From contig CALVVE010000002.1 of NCBI GenBank assembly GCA_944363775.1, positions 1-35,099 on the forward strand: a stretch of 35,099 nt of DNA. Reading direction: 5' to 3'. Under the pieces are notes generated by a model that searched no databases, was not told where the DNA came from, and saw only the letters and a list, made by a program, of their open reading frames with translations. Position 1 is the stretch's first letter. Each line of letters begins with the position of its first letter. Below, in pieces: positions 1 through 8,496 of the stretch. The position numbers were made by a program, and so were the translations under genes. Source of the stretch: an uncultured Bacilli bacterium. GTDB taxonomy: Bacteria > Bacillota_I > Bacilli_A > RF39 > UBA660.

Positions 1-26
1 AATAATTAAAAAACAAAAAAACACCA

Positions 27-500
27 TTAATATCCTGATGTTTGATAATTACTACCACACTTTAAATATGGTTGATAACTTTTATTTTCACTAGTATAAA
101 TTACATAACCATCACAACTAATACTAGAATCATTTGGATCATATAAACTTGAAACAAGTGCTTCTTGTTCTAATTCATTTAAACTAATCGTTACACTTGT
201 TACTGAACTATCAGAATAATATTTAGTAACATATTCTTCAGCAGCACTTTTAAGTAATTGTTCCATTTCTATATAAGAATCATTATCACTTACCTCTATT
301 TCTATATTATCTTCTTCCGGTTCTAATTCTTCTGGTGCTTCTTCAGGTTTTACAGTTTCAATTTTTGAATCATCAAATTCATTTGTGATAGAAGTTTCTT
401 TAAATGAAACTTTAATTAATACTGAAACTAACACTAAAGATACACCAATAACACTTAGTATCCACAATAAATCAGACATTCCCCATCCTTTATTATTCAT
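27..500 (-). CDS. small membrane-anchored/secreted protein, possible divergent prepilin-like protein
   Basis: 157-aa ORF with AGGAGGT 4 nt upstream of the ATG at 500. N-terminus is NKG-WGMSD followed by about 22 hydrophobic residues, then an acidic linker and a C-terminal Cys pair (C129, C148). No family recognised with certainty. Confidence 0.6.
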   Translation of the reverse strand: MNNKGWGMSDLLWILSVIGVSLVLVSVLIKVSFKETSITNEFDDSKIETVKPEEAPEELEPEEDNIEIEVSDNDSYIEMEQLLKSAAEEYVTKYYSDSSVTSVTISLNELEQEALVSSLYDPNDSSISCDGYVIYTSENKSYQPYLKCGSNYQTSGY

Positions 501-509
501 ACTTACCTC

Positions 510-1163
510 CTAAAAGATATTTTTTTCAATTACTTCTTCATTAAACTTATATAACTTAGCCGGTCTTCCCGTTGATCCTTTAATAAAATCTCCTGTCTCT
601 TTTAATATATTAGAATTTATAAATTTTTTACGAAAATTACGACGATCAATCTTTTGATTAAATAAAAATTCATATATATGTTGCATTTCAGGAATTGTAA
701 AATCTGATGGAAAGAAAATTTTTAAATATTTTATATTTTTTAATTTAGAATTTAACTTACTTAATGAATTATCTATTATTTCTTTGCAATCAAAAGCTAA
801 CTTAGGTAAAGCAGTTACATCAAACCACAAATATTCTCTATCTTTACTTAATTCACAAAATTCAAGTGAAACTTGATCAATCATTCCTAAATGAGAAACT
901 CCAATTACTCTTTGATCAACTTTTCTATCTATATTACTAAAAATAGCACTTTGTTCAAAATAAATCTTTTTATTTGTAATAATATTTGTTAATAATGAAT
1001 TTGTACACTCTTCTAAATTTTCATCACTATTTAAAGTTAAAGTTGGTAATTCCCAATAACTTTTATATGGTTCTTCTTCACGATGAACTAATAATATTTT
1101 AATTATACCATTCTCAATAGTGAATAAATTTAATACCGTTTCTATCATCATTTTATTTTCCAT
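510..1163 (-). CDS. NrtR-like regulator (degenerate Nudix domain plus C-terminal winged-helix domain)
   Basis: 217-aa ORF with GAGGAG RBS. The N-terminal Nudix-fold region (SYWELPTLTLNSDENLEE...) lacks the REx2EE catalytic box. The C-terminal ...GRPAKLYKF motif is typical of Nudix-related transcriptional regulators. Its stop abuts the RBS of the 27..500 gene. Confidence 0.55.
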   Translation of the reverse strand: MENKMMIETVLNLFTIENGIIKILLVHREEEPYKSYWELPTLTLNSDENLEECTNSLLTNIITNKKIYFEQSAIFSNIDRKVDQRVIGVSHLGMIDQVSLEFCELSKDREYLWFDVTALPKLAFDCKEIIDNSLSKLNSKLKNIKYLKIFFPSDFTIPEMQHIYEFLFNQKIDRRNFRKKFINSNILKETGDFIKGSTGRPAKLYKFNEEVIEKNIF

Positions 1164-1194
1164 AAATACTCCTCGTTTTTAAGTCAACGTTTTA

Positions 1195-1223
1195 ATTATA
1201 TTAATTTTAGCTTGATTTGTCAA
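1195..1223 (-). promoter_or_regulatory. sigma-A type promoter, TTGACA-17-TATAAT (perfect consensus)
   Basis: On the minus strand, TTGACA is at 1223..1218, followed by a 17-nt spacer and TATAAT at 1200..1195. It lies about 30 nt upstream of the ATG at 1163. Confidence 0.55.
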
Positions 1224-1257
1224 ATAAAAAGAACTTTCTAACGTTCTAGAAAGTTCT
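1222..1257 (-). terminator. rho-independent terminator of pnp
   Basis: Perfect 11-bp stem AGAACTTTCTA/TAGAAAGTTCT (1230-1240 / 1247-1257) with a 6-nt loop, followed on the minus strand by UUUUUAUUU. It overlaps the pnp stop codon. Confidence 0.7.
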
Positions 1258-3385
1258 ATTTTATTGCTTCTTTGCGTGATAAATTAAGTCTTCCTTTTTT
1301 ATCATAACCTAAAGATTTAACTAAAATTTCATCTCCTACTTTAACCATATCACTTGGTTTTTCTACTCTTTCTTTAGCAAGTTGCGAAACATGAACTAGT
1401 CCTTCACATCCAGACCATAATTCAACAAAGCATCCAAAATCTTCTACTTTAACAACTTTACCAGTATAAATTTTTCCATCTTCTACTTCACGTACAACAT
1501 CTTTAATCATATTAGCTGTTTTATCAATAACTTCTTGATCTGTGTGATATATAATTACACGACCATCATCTTCTAAATCAACTTTAACAGCATTAACATC
1601 ATTTACAGCCTTAACATTACTTGCTTCAAGAATGATTTTAGTAATCATTTCTCCACCCTTACCAATAACATCTTTAATCTTATTAGGATCAATCATAAAT
1701 GACATTGTTTTTGGTGCATATTTACTAACTTCTTTACGTGGTTCGGCAATTTGTTTAGTTATAACATCAAGAATTTCAAAACGAGCTTTTTTAGCTTGGG
1801 CTAAAGCTTCTTTAAGAATTTGTTTAGTAATACCTTTAATTTTAATATCCATTTGTAAAGCACAAATACCATTCTCTGTACCAGCAACTTTAAAATCCAT
1901 ATCTCCTAAATGGTCTTCCATTCCTTGAATATCAGTCAAAATAGTATAATCATCTTCATGAGTAATTAATCCCATAGCAATTCCGGCAACTGGAGCTTTA
2001 ATTGGAACACCAGCAGCCATAAGCGCCATACATCCAGCACAAATACTTGCTTGACTTGATGAACCATTACTTTCAAGTATTTCAGAAACAACACGAATTG
2101 TATATGGGAATTCTTCTTCACTAGGAATAACTTGTGCTAAAGCACGTTCTCCTAAAGCACCATGACCGATTTCACGACGTCCAGGAGCCCCATATCTACC
2201 TGTTTCTCCAACACTAAATTGAGGAAAATTATAATGTAACATAAAACGTTTTTCTGTTTCTAAATCAAGACCATCTAAAATTTGATGTTCACCTAAAGCA
2301 CCAAGAGTAACTGCACTTAAAGCTTGTGTTTGACCACGAGTAAATAACGCTGATCCGTGGGTTCTTGGAAGTAAATCAATGTCAGTTGATAATGGACGAA
2401 TTTCATCCATTGCTCTTCCATCAGCACGTGTATGTTCTTTTACAACAATATTTCTAAATAATTCATACTCTATTTCTTCAAGAACTAATTTTACTCCCGT
2501 AATAAGTTTATTTAAATCTTCATCTTTTAAAGATTCATTTTCTGTTTCAAAAACACTTACAACTTCTTCTTTAACTGCATCAATAGCTGCATACTTTTCA
2601 AGTTTATCTTTAATTCTTAAAGCAGCATCTAACTTATCAGTAGCCATTTCTCTTACTTTAGTTTTAACTTCATCACTGATTTCTAAAACTTCATAAGACA
2701 TTTTTTCTTCACCAATTTCAGCAATAATACTTTCTTCAAAAGCTACTAATTTCTTAATTGCTTCATGTCCAAACATTAAAGCTTCTAACATATCGTCTTC
2801 AGAAACTTCTTTAGCTCCGGCTTCAACCATATTTATAGCATCCTTAGTTCCCGCAACAGTTAAATCAATATCACTTTGTTCTAACTCTTCAACTGTTGGA
2901 TTAATAATAAATTCATTATTAATACGTCCTACTTTAACAGCAGCAACTGGTCCATCAAATGGAATCTTAGAAATAGAAGTTGCAAGTGAAGAACCAAATA
3001 AAGCAGCCATTTCTGGTGAATTATCAGGATCAACCGATAAAACAGTATTTACAATTTGAACTTCATGTTTAAAATCTTCTGGGAATAATGGACGCATTGG
3101 GCGATCAATCATACGGGCTGCAAGTGTAGCATTTTCTGTTGGACGTCCTTCCCTTTTAATAAATCCACCTGGTATTTTACCAACTGAATATAATTTTTCT
3201 TGATATAAAACCATAAGTGGAAAAAAACTAGCAAGAACATTAACATTCTTAGATACAACAACAGTTGATAAAACAACAGTTTCTCCATATCTAATTAAAA
3301 CAGCACCACTAGCTTGTTTAGCAAGTTCACCATGTTCAACAACTAACTTTCTTCCATAAAAATCTAATTCATATACCTTCTTCAT
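1256..3385 (-). CDS. pnp: polynucleotide phosphorylase (polyribonucleotide nucleotidyltransferase)
   Basis: Full-length PNPase architecture: two RNase PH domains followed by C-terminal KH and S1 domains ([15 protein letters not shown]). Start placed at the ATG at 3385 (MKKVYELDF), 4 nt after GGAGGT, rather than the ORF-track start. Confidence 0.97.
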   Translation of the reverse strand: MKKVYELDFYGRKLVVEHGELAKQASGAVLIRYGETVVLSTVVVSKNVNVLASFFPLMVLYQEKLYSVGKIPGGFIKREGRPTENATLAARMIDRPMRPLFPEDFKHEVQIVNTVLSVDPDNSPEMAALFGSSLATSISKIPFDGPVAAVKVGRINNEFIINPTVEELEQSDIDLTVAGTKDAINMVEAGAKEVSEDDMLEALMFGHEAIKKLVAFEESIIAEIGEEKMSYEVLEISDEVKTKVREMATDKLDAALRIKDKLEKYAAIDAVKEEVVSVFETENESLKDEDLNKLITGVKLVLEEIEYELFRNIVVKEHTRADGRAMDEIRPLSTDIDLLPRTHGSALFTRGQTQALSAVTLGALGEHQILDGLDLETEKRFMLHYNFPQFSVGETGRYGAPGRREIGHGALGERALAQVIPSEEEFPYTIRVVSEILESNGSSSQASICAGCMALMAAGVPIKAPVAGIAMGLITHEDDYTILTDIQGMEDHLGDMDFKVAGTENGICALQMDIKIKGITKQILKEALAQAKKARFEILDVITKQIAEPRKEVSKYAPKTMSFMIDPNKIKDVIGKGGEMITKIILEASNVKAVNDVNAVKVDLEDDGRVIIYHTDQEVIDKTANMIKDVVREVEDGKIYTGKVVKVEDFGCFVELWSGCEGLVHVSQLAKERVEKPSDMVKVGDEILVKSLGYDKKGRLNLSRKEAIK

Positions 3386-3397
3386 ATTTACCTCCAA

Positions 3398-3982
3398 TTA
3401 CTTATACATACGATATTTTTTTAATATTTCTTTTTTATTCATATATTTTTCTTTTGACAATTCATCATCATAACGATTTAAAAATGATGGAAAGTTATCT
3501 AAAGTTTCCCAAAGATTAGTATCAACATAAATTTTATCAATTTCTGAACTTTGTAAACCAGTATAAGTTTTACCAGTTTCTAAATCAACAAATTCTAAGT
3601 TATTTGGAATATAAAATCCTTTTTGTTGATAATCCCTTGCATATAACAACGCACTATCTTTTACATGATCAACTAAAAACGTAACTGTATTTTCTACACT
3701 ATCTCTAGAAACTATTTTCTTTGTTTTTAAAATGTTACCAATAAAAACTTTATTTATATCCAACCTTTTTTGTTGTTCTTTTTGATAATTATTAATAATA
3801 TTTCGCTTAAATCTACTTTTACTATTTACTATATTTTGATATGAAATTAATTTAAATTCACTTAATTCTAAATCAGTAATAATCTTTTTATTTAACATAT
3901 CATAATATGTACCATTTTGTTTATGATAAATTAATGTTTCATAATCTTTTTTTATTCCAATAAACACTCTATTACTTCTCAT
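3398..3982 (-). CDS. hypothetical protein inserted between rpsO and pnp
   Basis: ORF with GGTGGTG RBS before the ATG at 3982 (MRSNRVFIG...). Its stop lies 12 nt before the pnp start. No recognisable domain. Confidence 0.55.
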   Translation of the reverse strand: MRSNRVFIGIKKDYETLIYHKQNGTYYDMLNKKIITDLELSEFKLISYQNIVNSKSRFKRNIINNYQKEQQKRLDINKVFIGNILKTKKIVSRDSVENTVTFLVDHVKDSALLYARDYQQKGFYIPNNLEFVDLETGKTYTGLQSSEIDKIYVDTNLWETLDNFPSFLNRYDDELSKEKYMNKKEILKKYRMYK

Positions 3983-4001
3983 AAAACACCACCAAATATA
4001 T

Positions 4002-4031
4002 AAAAAAATAGACACTAAAAATAAGTGCCTA
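4002..4031 (-). terminator. rho-independent terminator/attenuator after rpsO
   Basis: Minus-strand RNA UAGGCACU-UAUUUUU-AGUGUCUA forms an 8-bp stem with one G.U pair, followed by seven U residues. It sits directly after the rpsO stop. Confidence 0.6.
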
Positions 4032-4041
4032 CTACTAATAA

Positions 4042-4311
4042 TTATTTTCTTAAACCTAAGTCAGCAACAATCTTACGATATCTTGTAACATCAGTTTTAA
4101 ATAAATAATTTAATAAACTTCTTCTTTGACCAACTTTTTTAAGTAGTCCTCTTCTTGTATGGAAGTCTTGTTTATGATCTTTTAAATGTTCTGTTAAGTT
4201 TTTGATTTCTTCTGTTAAGATAGCAATTTGAACTTCTGCAGAACCAGTATCATTTGTTCCTCTTCCAAACTTTTTAACAATTTTTGCTTTTTCTTCTTTT
4301 GTTAAAGCCAT
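4042..4311 (-). CDS. rpsO: 30S ribosomal protein S15
   Basis: 89 aa ([12 protein letters not shown]...GSAEVQIA...[23 protein letters not shown]), the canonical S15 sequence. AAAGGAGG RBS present. Confidence 0.97.
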   Translation of the reverse strand: MALTKEEKAKIVKKFGRGTNDTGSAEVQIAILTEEIKNLTEHLKDHKQDFHTRRGLLKKVGQRRSLLNYLFKTDVTRYRKIVADLGLRK

Positions 4312-4449
4312 TTTAATTCCTCCTTTTAAATATATTCGCTTTTACCGAGATAAATACGGAGAACATTTAACTAAGTAAAAGTACACATATAATATACACT
4401 AATTTTTTTAATTTTACAAGTAAAAAATTAAATATTTATAATTTTTAAA

Positions 4450-4788
4450 TTATTTTTGTAAAGTCTTTTTTACTTCTTTTGTAAAATAAAGTGTTGGATA
4501 ATCTCCTTCAACTTCTACATTTGTTGAAAATTTTAAATCAAATTTATCACATAACTCTTTAATATATTCATTACTAATTAAATTATTACAACATAGTTCA
4601 GCAATATATTTACGTGTTTCCATACTTTCAAATGGATCAAAATAAATCATTTCACTTTTAGGATTAAGTTCAAATCTTTCTAGTGCTTTTCGAAATAATT
4701 CTTCAGTATAGTGATATTGTTTAATTTTGAATGATTGTTCTTCTACTAAAATTTCTTTCTTTTTTGTTAACCACCATTTTAACTTCAT
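4450..4788 (-). CDS. hypothetical protein
   Basis: 112-aa ORF with a GAGGTG RBS. No recognisable domain. Confidence 0.5.
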   Translation of the reverse strand: MKLKWWLTKKKEILVEEQSFKIKQYHYTEELFRKALERFELNPKSEMIYFDPFESMETRKYIAELCCNNLISNEYIKELCDKFDLKFSTNVEVEGDYPTLYFTKEVKKTLQK

Positions 4789-4880
4789 AATTACACCTCA
4801 ACTTCTTTTTGTTTCTTGTTATACTAACAATAAATTAAATTATTGTCAAATTGTGATACAATGTAAAAGGAAGTGATACT

Positions 4881-5795
4881 ATGATTTTAAACGTTAGTGG
4901 AAGAACCGATATTGTAGCATTTTATACACCATGGTTTATTAATAGATTAAAGGAAGGATTTGTCGATGTTCGCAATCCTTTTTATCCAAAATTAGTTAAT
5001 CGAATTTTTTTCAAAGATGTTGACGCAATTGTTTTCTGTACAAAAAATCCATTACCTATCATTCCTTATTTATCAGAAATTGACATTCCAATTATTTTTC
5101 AAATAACATTAACACCCTACCATAAAGATTTAGAACCAAAGCTTCCACCTAAAGGAAAAATTATTGAAGGAATTAAACAAATATCTAATATTATTCCAAA
5201 AGAATTCCTTTATGTTCGCTATGATCCTATTCTTATTAATCCCACTTACACATTAAATTATCATATTAAAGCATTTGAAAATTTGTGTTGTAAATTAGAT
5301 GGATTTGTTTCACAAATTGTTATTTCATTTGTAGATCATTATAAAAATGTAGAAAATAATTCTTCTTCATTGCAACTTAAAGATATTACTAAAGAAGATT
5401 TAAAAATCATCGGTACTTACTTTAGTAAAATTGCAAAAAAACACCATATGACAGTTCAAACATGTGCTGAAAAATATGATTTACACGAATATGGATTTTT
5501 AAAACGGGATTGTGTTGACTTTACTACTCTATTTAAACTAACAGGTAAAACGCATTTTACAAAATGGAAAGCCCGTAACAATTCATACTGTAATTGTGCT
5601 AAAATGATTGATATTGGAGCTTATAACAGTTGCCCTCATCGCTGTAAATATTGTTATGCAAATTTCAAAGAAGAAACTATACAAAATAATTTAAAACAAC
5701 ATGATCCCAATTCTTCACTTTTATTAGGTTATATAAAAAATACAGACAAAGTTAAAATATTATCAGATAAAAGAAGTCACCTTTATGTTGAGTAA
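4881..5795 (+). CDS. DUF1848 family protein with C-terminal CX3CX2C (radical-SAM-like) cysteine motif
   Basis: N-terminus ILNVSGRTDIVAFYTPWF matches the conserved DUF1848 start. The C-terminal region carries CNCAKMIDIGAYNSCPHRCKYCYANF. AAGGAAGTGA RBS present. Confidence 0.75.
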   Translation: MILNVSGRTDIVAFYTPWFINRLKEGFVDVRNPFYPKLVNRIFFKDVDAIVFCTKNPLPIIPYLSEIDIPIIFQITLTPYHKDLEPKLPPKGKIIEGIKQISNIIPKEFLYVRYDPILINPTYTLNYHIKAFENLCCKLDGFVSQIVISFVDHYKNVENNSSSLQLKDITKEDLKIIGTYFSKIAKKHHMTVQTCAEKYDLHEYGFLKRDCVDFTTLFKLTGKTHFTKWKARNNSYCNCAKMIDIGAYNSCPHRCKYCYANFKEETIQNNLKQHDPNSSLLLGYIKNTDKVKILSDKRSHLYVE

Positions 5796-6185
5796 TATAG
5801 GTGTCTTTTTTATATGTTCGGAATTTAAAAATTGAATATAATCTTGATATAACTGTACTAAAAAATAATTTTCTGTAGGAATTTCAATATTTTTAAGCTT
5901 ATTTACATCAGTACATAAAAGAACTCGCAAAATAAAATACAATTCTTCTAATTCTTTATTTTTAGTTAAATGACTAAGATCAATAGTCCTTTCTTGTTCT
6001 AATACTTCTAAAGAAGAACCAATAATATTATTATCATCTTCATTACGTAATAATTCATATCGCTCCTCTAATTTTCTAAATGTTTCCACCCCTATTCTTT
6101 TTTTCAACAAATAAACTTCATCATATGATTTACATCTTAATAATTCTAAAAAATTTAATAACTCTTCTAATTTATTTTTATACAT
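5763..6185 (-). CDS. hypothetical helical protein
   Basis: ORF with GAGGTGGG RBS before the ATG at 6185 (MYKNKLEELL...). Its 3' end overlaps the DUF1848 3' end convergently by 33 nt. Confidence 0.45.
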   Translation of the reverse strand: MYKNKLEELLNFLELLRCKSYDEVYLLKKRIGVETFRKLEERYELLRNEDDNNIIGSSLEVLEQERTIDLSHLTKNKELEELYFILRVLLCTDVNKLKNIEIPTENYFLVQLYQDYIQFLNSEHIKKTPILLNIKVTSFI

Positions 6186-6221
6186 TATCCCACCTCGAAT
6201 AAAGAATAACAAATAGAAAAA

Positions 6222-6256
6222 TATAAAACAAATGACTAATATTAAATATTAGTCAC
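6222..6256 (-). terminator. probable terminator of truB
   Basis: Palindrome TGACTAATATT/AATATTAGTCA (6233-6255), followed on the minus strand by a U-rich run (UUUGUUUUAUAUUUUU). Confidence 0.5.
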
Positions 6257-6299
6257 TAAAAGTTATATAAATTTATTATTTTATATAGATAAAAATAAA

Positions 6300-7172
6300 T
6301 TAATAAACAAAAGTTTTCCATGGTTTTATAAATTTATTATTTTTCTCATATTTTTTATAAATACTAATTAAATTACTATTTTTATCAACAAAAGCTATTT
6401 CTTCACAATTATTTTTATTTTCTAATAATTTTCCATTTAAAATATCTTTTTTAACATTATCATCAATACTTTTTATTTCTATATCATCTACCAAGTCAAT
6501 CATCGGTCTAAGTTTAACTTTTCCATTTTTCAAATCTTCAAGAGTATCACAATTTTCTAACAAAAACTTTCCTTGTTTAGTTCTTACTAAATCAACCATT
6601 GTACCAACTGTATTAAGTTCTAGTGCAATATCCCGAATTAAACTTCTAATATATGTACCTTTACTAACTTTAGTTTTAATTTTAAAATAAGTTTTATTAT
6701 CTTTATAAGTAGGTTCATCTATTAAATCAATATTATAAATAGTTACCTCTTTTTTAGGAAGTTCAACTTCAATTCCAGCTCTTGCATATTCGTAGCACTT
6801 TTTCCCTTTTACTTTAACAGCTGAATAAGCAGGAACTTCTTGATTATATGTTTTCTTAAAGCTATTTAAAACTTTTACAATATCATCTTTAGAAAGGGTA
6901 CAATTTTCTTCATTTAAAACTTTTCCAGTAATATCCAATGTATCTGTATCAAGTCCTAAACAAATAGTTGCGATATATTCTTTAGAATTACTAGTTACAA
7001 CTTCAACTAATTTTGTTGCTTGTCCAACACATATCACTAAAACACCGGTTGCCAGTGGATCAAGTGTTCCTGTATGTCCTACTTTTTTAGTTTTAAAAAC
7101 TTTACTTGCAATATTAATAACATCTCTACTTGTCATGTCTTTTTCTTTATTAATTAATATATAACCATGCAT
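6300..7172 (-). CDS. truB: tRNA pseudouridine(55) synthase
   Basis: HGYILINKEKDMTSRDV...GHTGTLDPLATGVL, the TruB catalytic Asp motif. Length is 290 aa. Confidence 0.93.
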   Translation of the reverse strand: MHGYILINKEKDMTSRDVINIASKVFKTKKVGHTGTLDPLATGVLVICVGQATKLVEVVTSNSKEYIATICLGLDTDTLDITGKVLNEENCTLSKDDIVKVLNSFKKTYNQEVPAYSAVKVKGKKCYEYARAGIEVELPKKEVTIYNIDLIDEPTYKDNKTYFKIKTKVSKGTYIRSLIRDIALELNTVGTMVDLVRTKQGKFLLENCDTLEDLKNGKVKLRPMIDLVDDIEIKSIDDNVKKDILNGKLLENKNNCEEIAFVDKNSNLISIYKKYEKNNKFIKPWKTFVY

Positions 7173-7225
7173 AAAATCACCATCATTATTATACTATAAA
7201 AATGTGTAAATGAATGTATAATATA

Positions 7226-7254
7226 TTGAATATTAAATATAAAATATTTATAAT
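7226..7254 (+). promoter_or_regulatory. sigma-A type promoter of thyA, TTGAAT-17-TATAAT
   Basis: TTGAAT at 7226-7231, a 17-nt spacer, then TATAAT at 7249-7254. It lies 18 nt upstream of the GTG start and just before the AGAGGTGG RBS. Confidence 0.55.
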
Positions 7255-7272
7255 TAAATTAGAGGTGGTTTT

Positions 7273-8463
7273 GTGAAGAAGATTAATAGAGAAAATGCTG
7301 TAGTACAAGAGTGGGATAAAGTATACTGTGAATTACTACAAAAAATATTAGACGAAGGTGTTACTTGTGAAAATCGTACTGGAATCGATACTATAAGTAT
7401 TGAAGGTGCTTATTTCAAACTTAATGTAGGTGAAAATTTTCCAATATTAGAGTCAAAGAAAGTAGCTATTTATAATGCACTATCAGAAATGCTTTGGATT
7501 TATCAAGCACAATCAAATGATGTTAATTGGCTACACGAAAGACATAATAAAATTTGGGACGAATGGATGATAGATAAAGATGGGATATATCGCACTTATG
7601 AAGTAAATGGTGAATATAATCCAGATAAAGAAGTAGAAGTTTTTGATTTAGATGGAAATATTATTCCAGGATTAAAAGCAAAATCTAAAATACCAGGTAA
7701 AACAATTAAAAGTGCCAAATTTTTTGGAAAAGAATGGGCTGAAACAATTGGTAAAGATTATGGTTGGATTAATAATACAACTCAAAGACCGCAAGATATC
7801 CAACACACTTTAAAAACTGATCCAACAGATCGTAGAATGGTAATAAGTATGTGGCAAGATGAATATCTTAAAACAGCTGTTTTACCACCTTGTGTTTGGA
7901 GTGTTGAATTTACTGTTAAAGGTGGAAAGTTACATGCTTTCGTTCATCAAAGAAGTTGTGATACTCCACTAGGATTACCATTTAATGTAGCCCAATATGC
8001 AATACTTTTATCTATGTTTGCCAAAGTTGCAAACTTAAAAGTTGGTAATTTAAATTGGAGTATTATGGATGCCCATATATATGTTAATCAAATTGATGGT
8101 GTAAAAAAACAATTAGAAAGATACAAAAAAATGTTAAAATGGGAAGATTATATAAAGAAACATTCTGATGAAGAAATTATAAATTTATATAATGAATTAA
8201 AAAATAAAATTAATATAATTAAAGAAAAAAATTTAATTGATAAAATTGATAAAGAATTAAAAGAAGATTTTACTATTCTTGAATTAATGCTTACTAAGGA
8301 AAAAGCAATTTTAGAACTTGCTGATAAAGATGATTTCTTTAAGTTTGATAATCATATAAACAATGATAAAGAATACTTGAAGGTAAATGCAACTGGTAAT
8401 GAAGATATTAAAGTTCTAAAATATAAGTCTGCTCCATTTATTAAAATGCCTATTGCACAATAA
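7273..8463 (+). CDS. thyA: thymidylate synthase (B. subtilis ThyA-type) with large insertions
   Basis: Motifs present: RTGIDT, EMLWIYQAQSNDVNWL, DRRMVISMW, catalytic LPPCVW (Cys207, nt 7891-7893), QRSCDTPLGLPFNVAQY and a C-terminal ...MPIAQ. Uses a GTG start after AGAGGTGG. Length is 396 aa versus about 264-318 aa for typical ThyA. Confidence 0.88.
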   Translation: MKKINRENAVVQEWDKVYCELLQKILDEGVTCENRTGIDTISIEGAYFKLNVGENFPILESKKVAIYNALSEMLWIYQAQSNDVNWLHERHNKIWDEWMIDKDGIYRTYEVNGEYNPDKEVEVFDLDGNIIPGLKAKSKIPGKTIKSAKFFGKEWAETIGKDYGWINNTTQRPQDIQHTLKTDPTDRRMVISMWQDEYLKTAVLPPCVWSVEFTVKGGKLHAFVHQRSCDTPLGLPFNVAQYAILLSMFAKVANLKVGNLNWSIMDAHIYVNQIDGVKKQLERYKKMLKWEDYIKKHSDEEIINLYNELKNKINIIKEKNLIDKIDKELKEDFTILELMLTKEKAILELADKDDFFKFDNHINNDKEYLKVNATGNEDIKVLKYKSAPFIKMPIAQ

Positions 8464-8464
8464 C

Positions 8465-8495
8465 AAAAGAAAGTTTTAACTCAAACTTTCTTTTT
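8465..8495. terminator. bidirectional terminator between thyA and the convergent secreted-protein gene
   Basis: 12-bp stem AAAAGAAAGTTT/AAACTTTCTTTT with a 6-nt loop. A/T runs flank it on both sides. Confidence 0.7.
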
Positions 8496-8496
8496 A

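Noticed and set aside
1632-2696. Two plus-strand ORFs (1632..1928 and 2379..2696) inside pnp
   Set aside because: They lie entirely antisense to the well-supported PNPase gene. They have low-complexity Ser/Leu/Ile-rich translations and no RBS, so they are shadow ORFs.
4312-4449. rpsO 5' leader as an S15 autoregulatory RNA element
   Set aside because: A plausible promoter (TTGTAA-17-TATATT) and a leader of about 75 nt exist. I could not identify a convincing pseudoknot or three-way-junction mimic by eye, so a covariance-model search is needed before making any claim.
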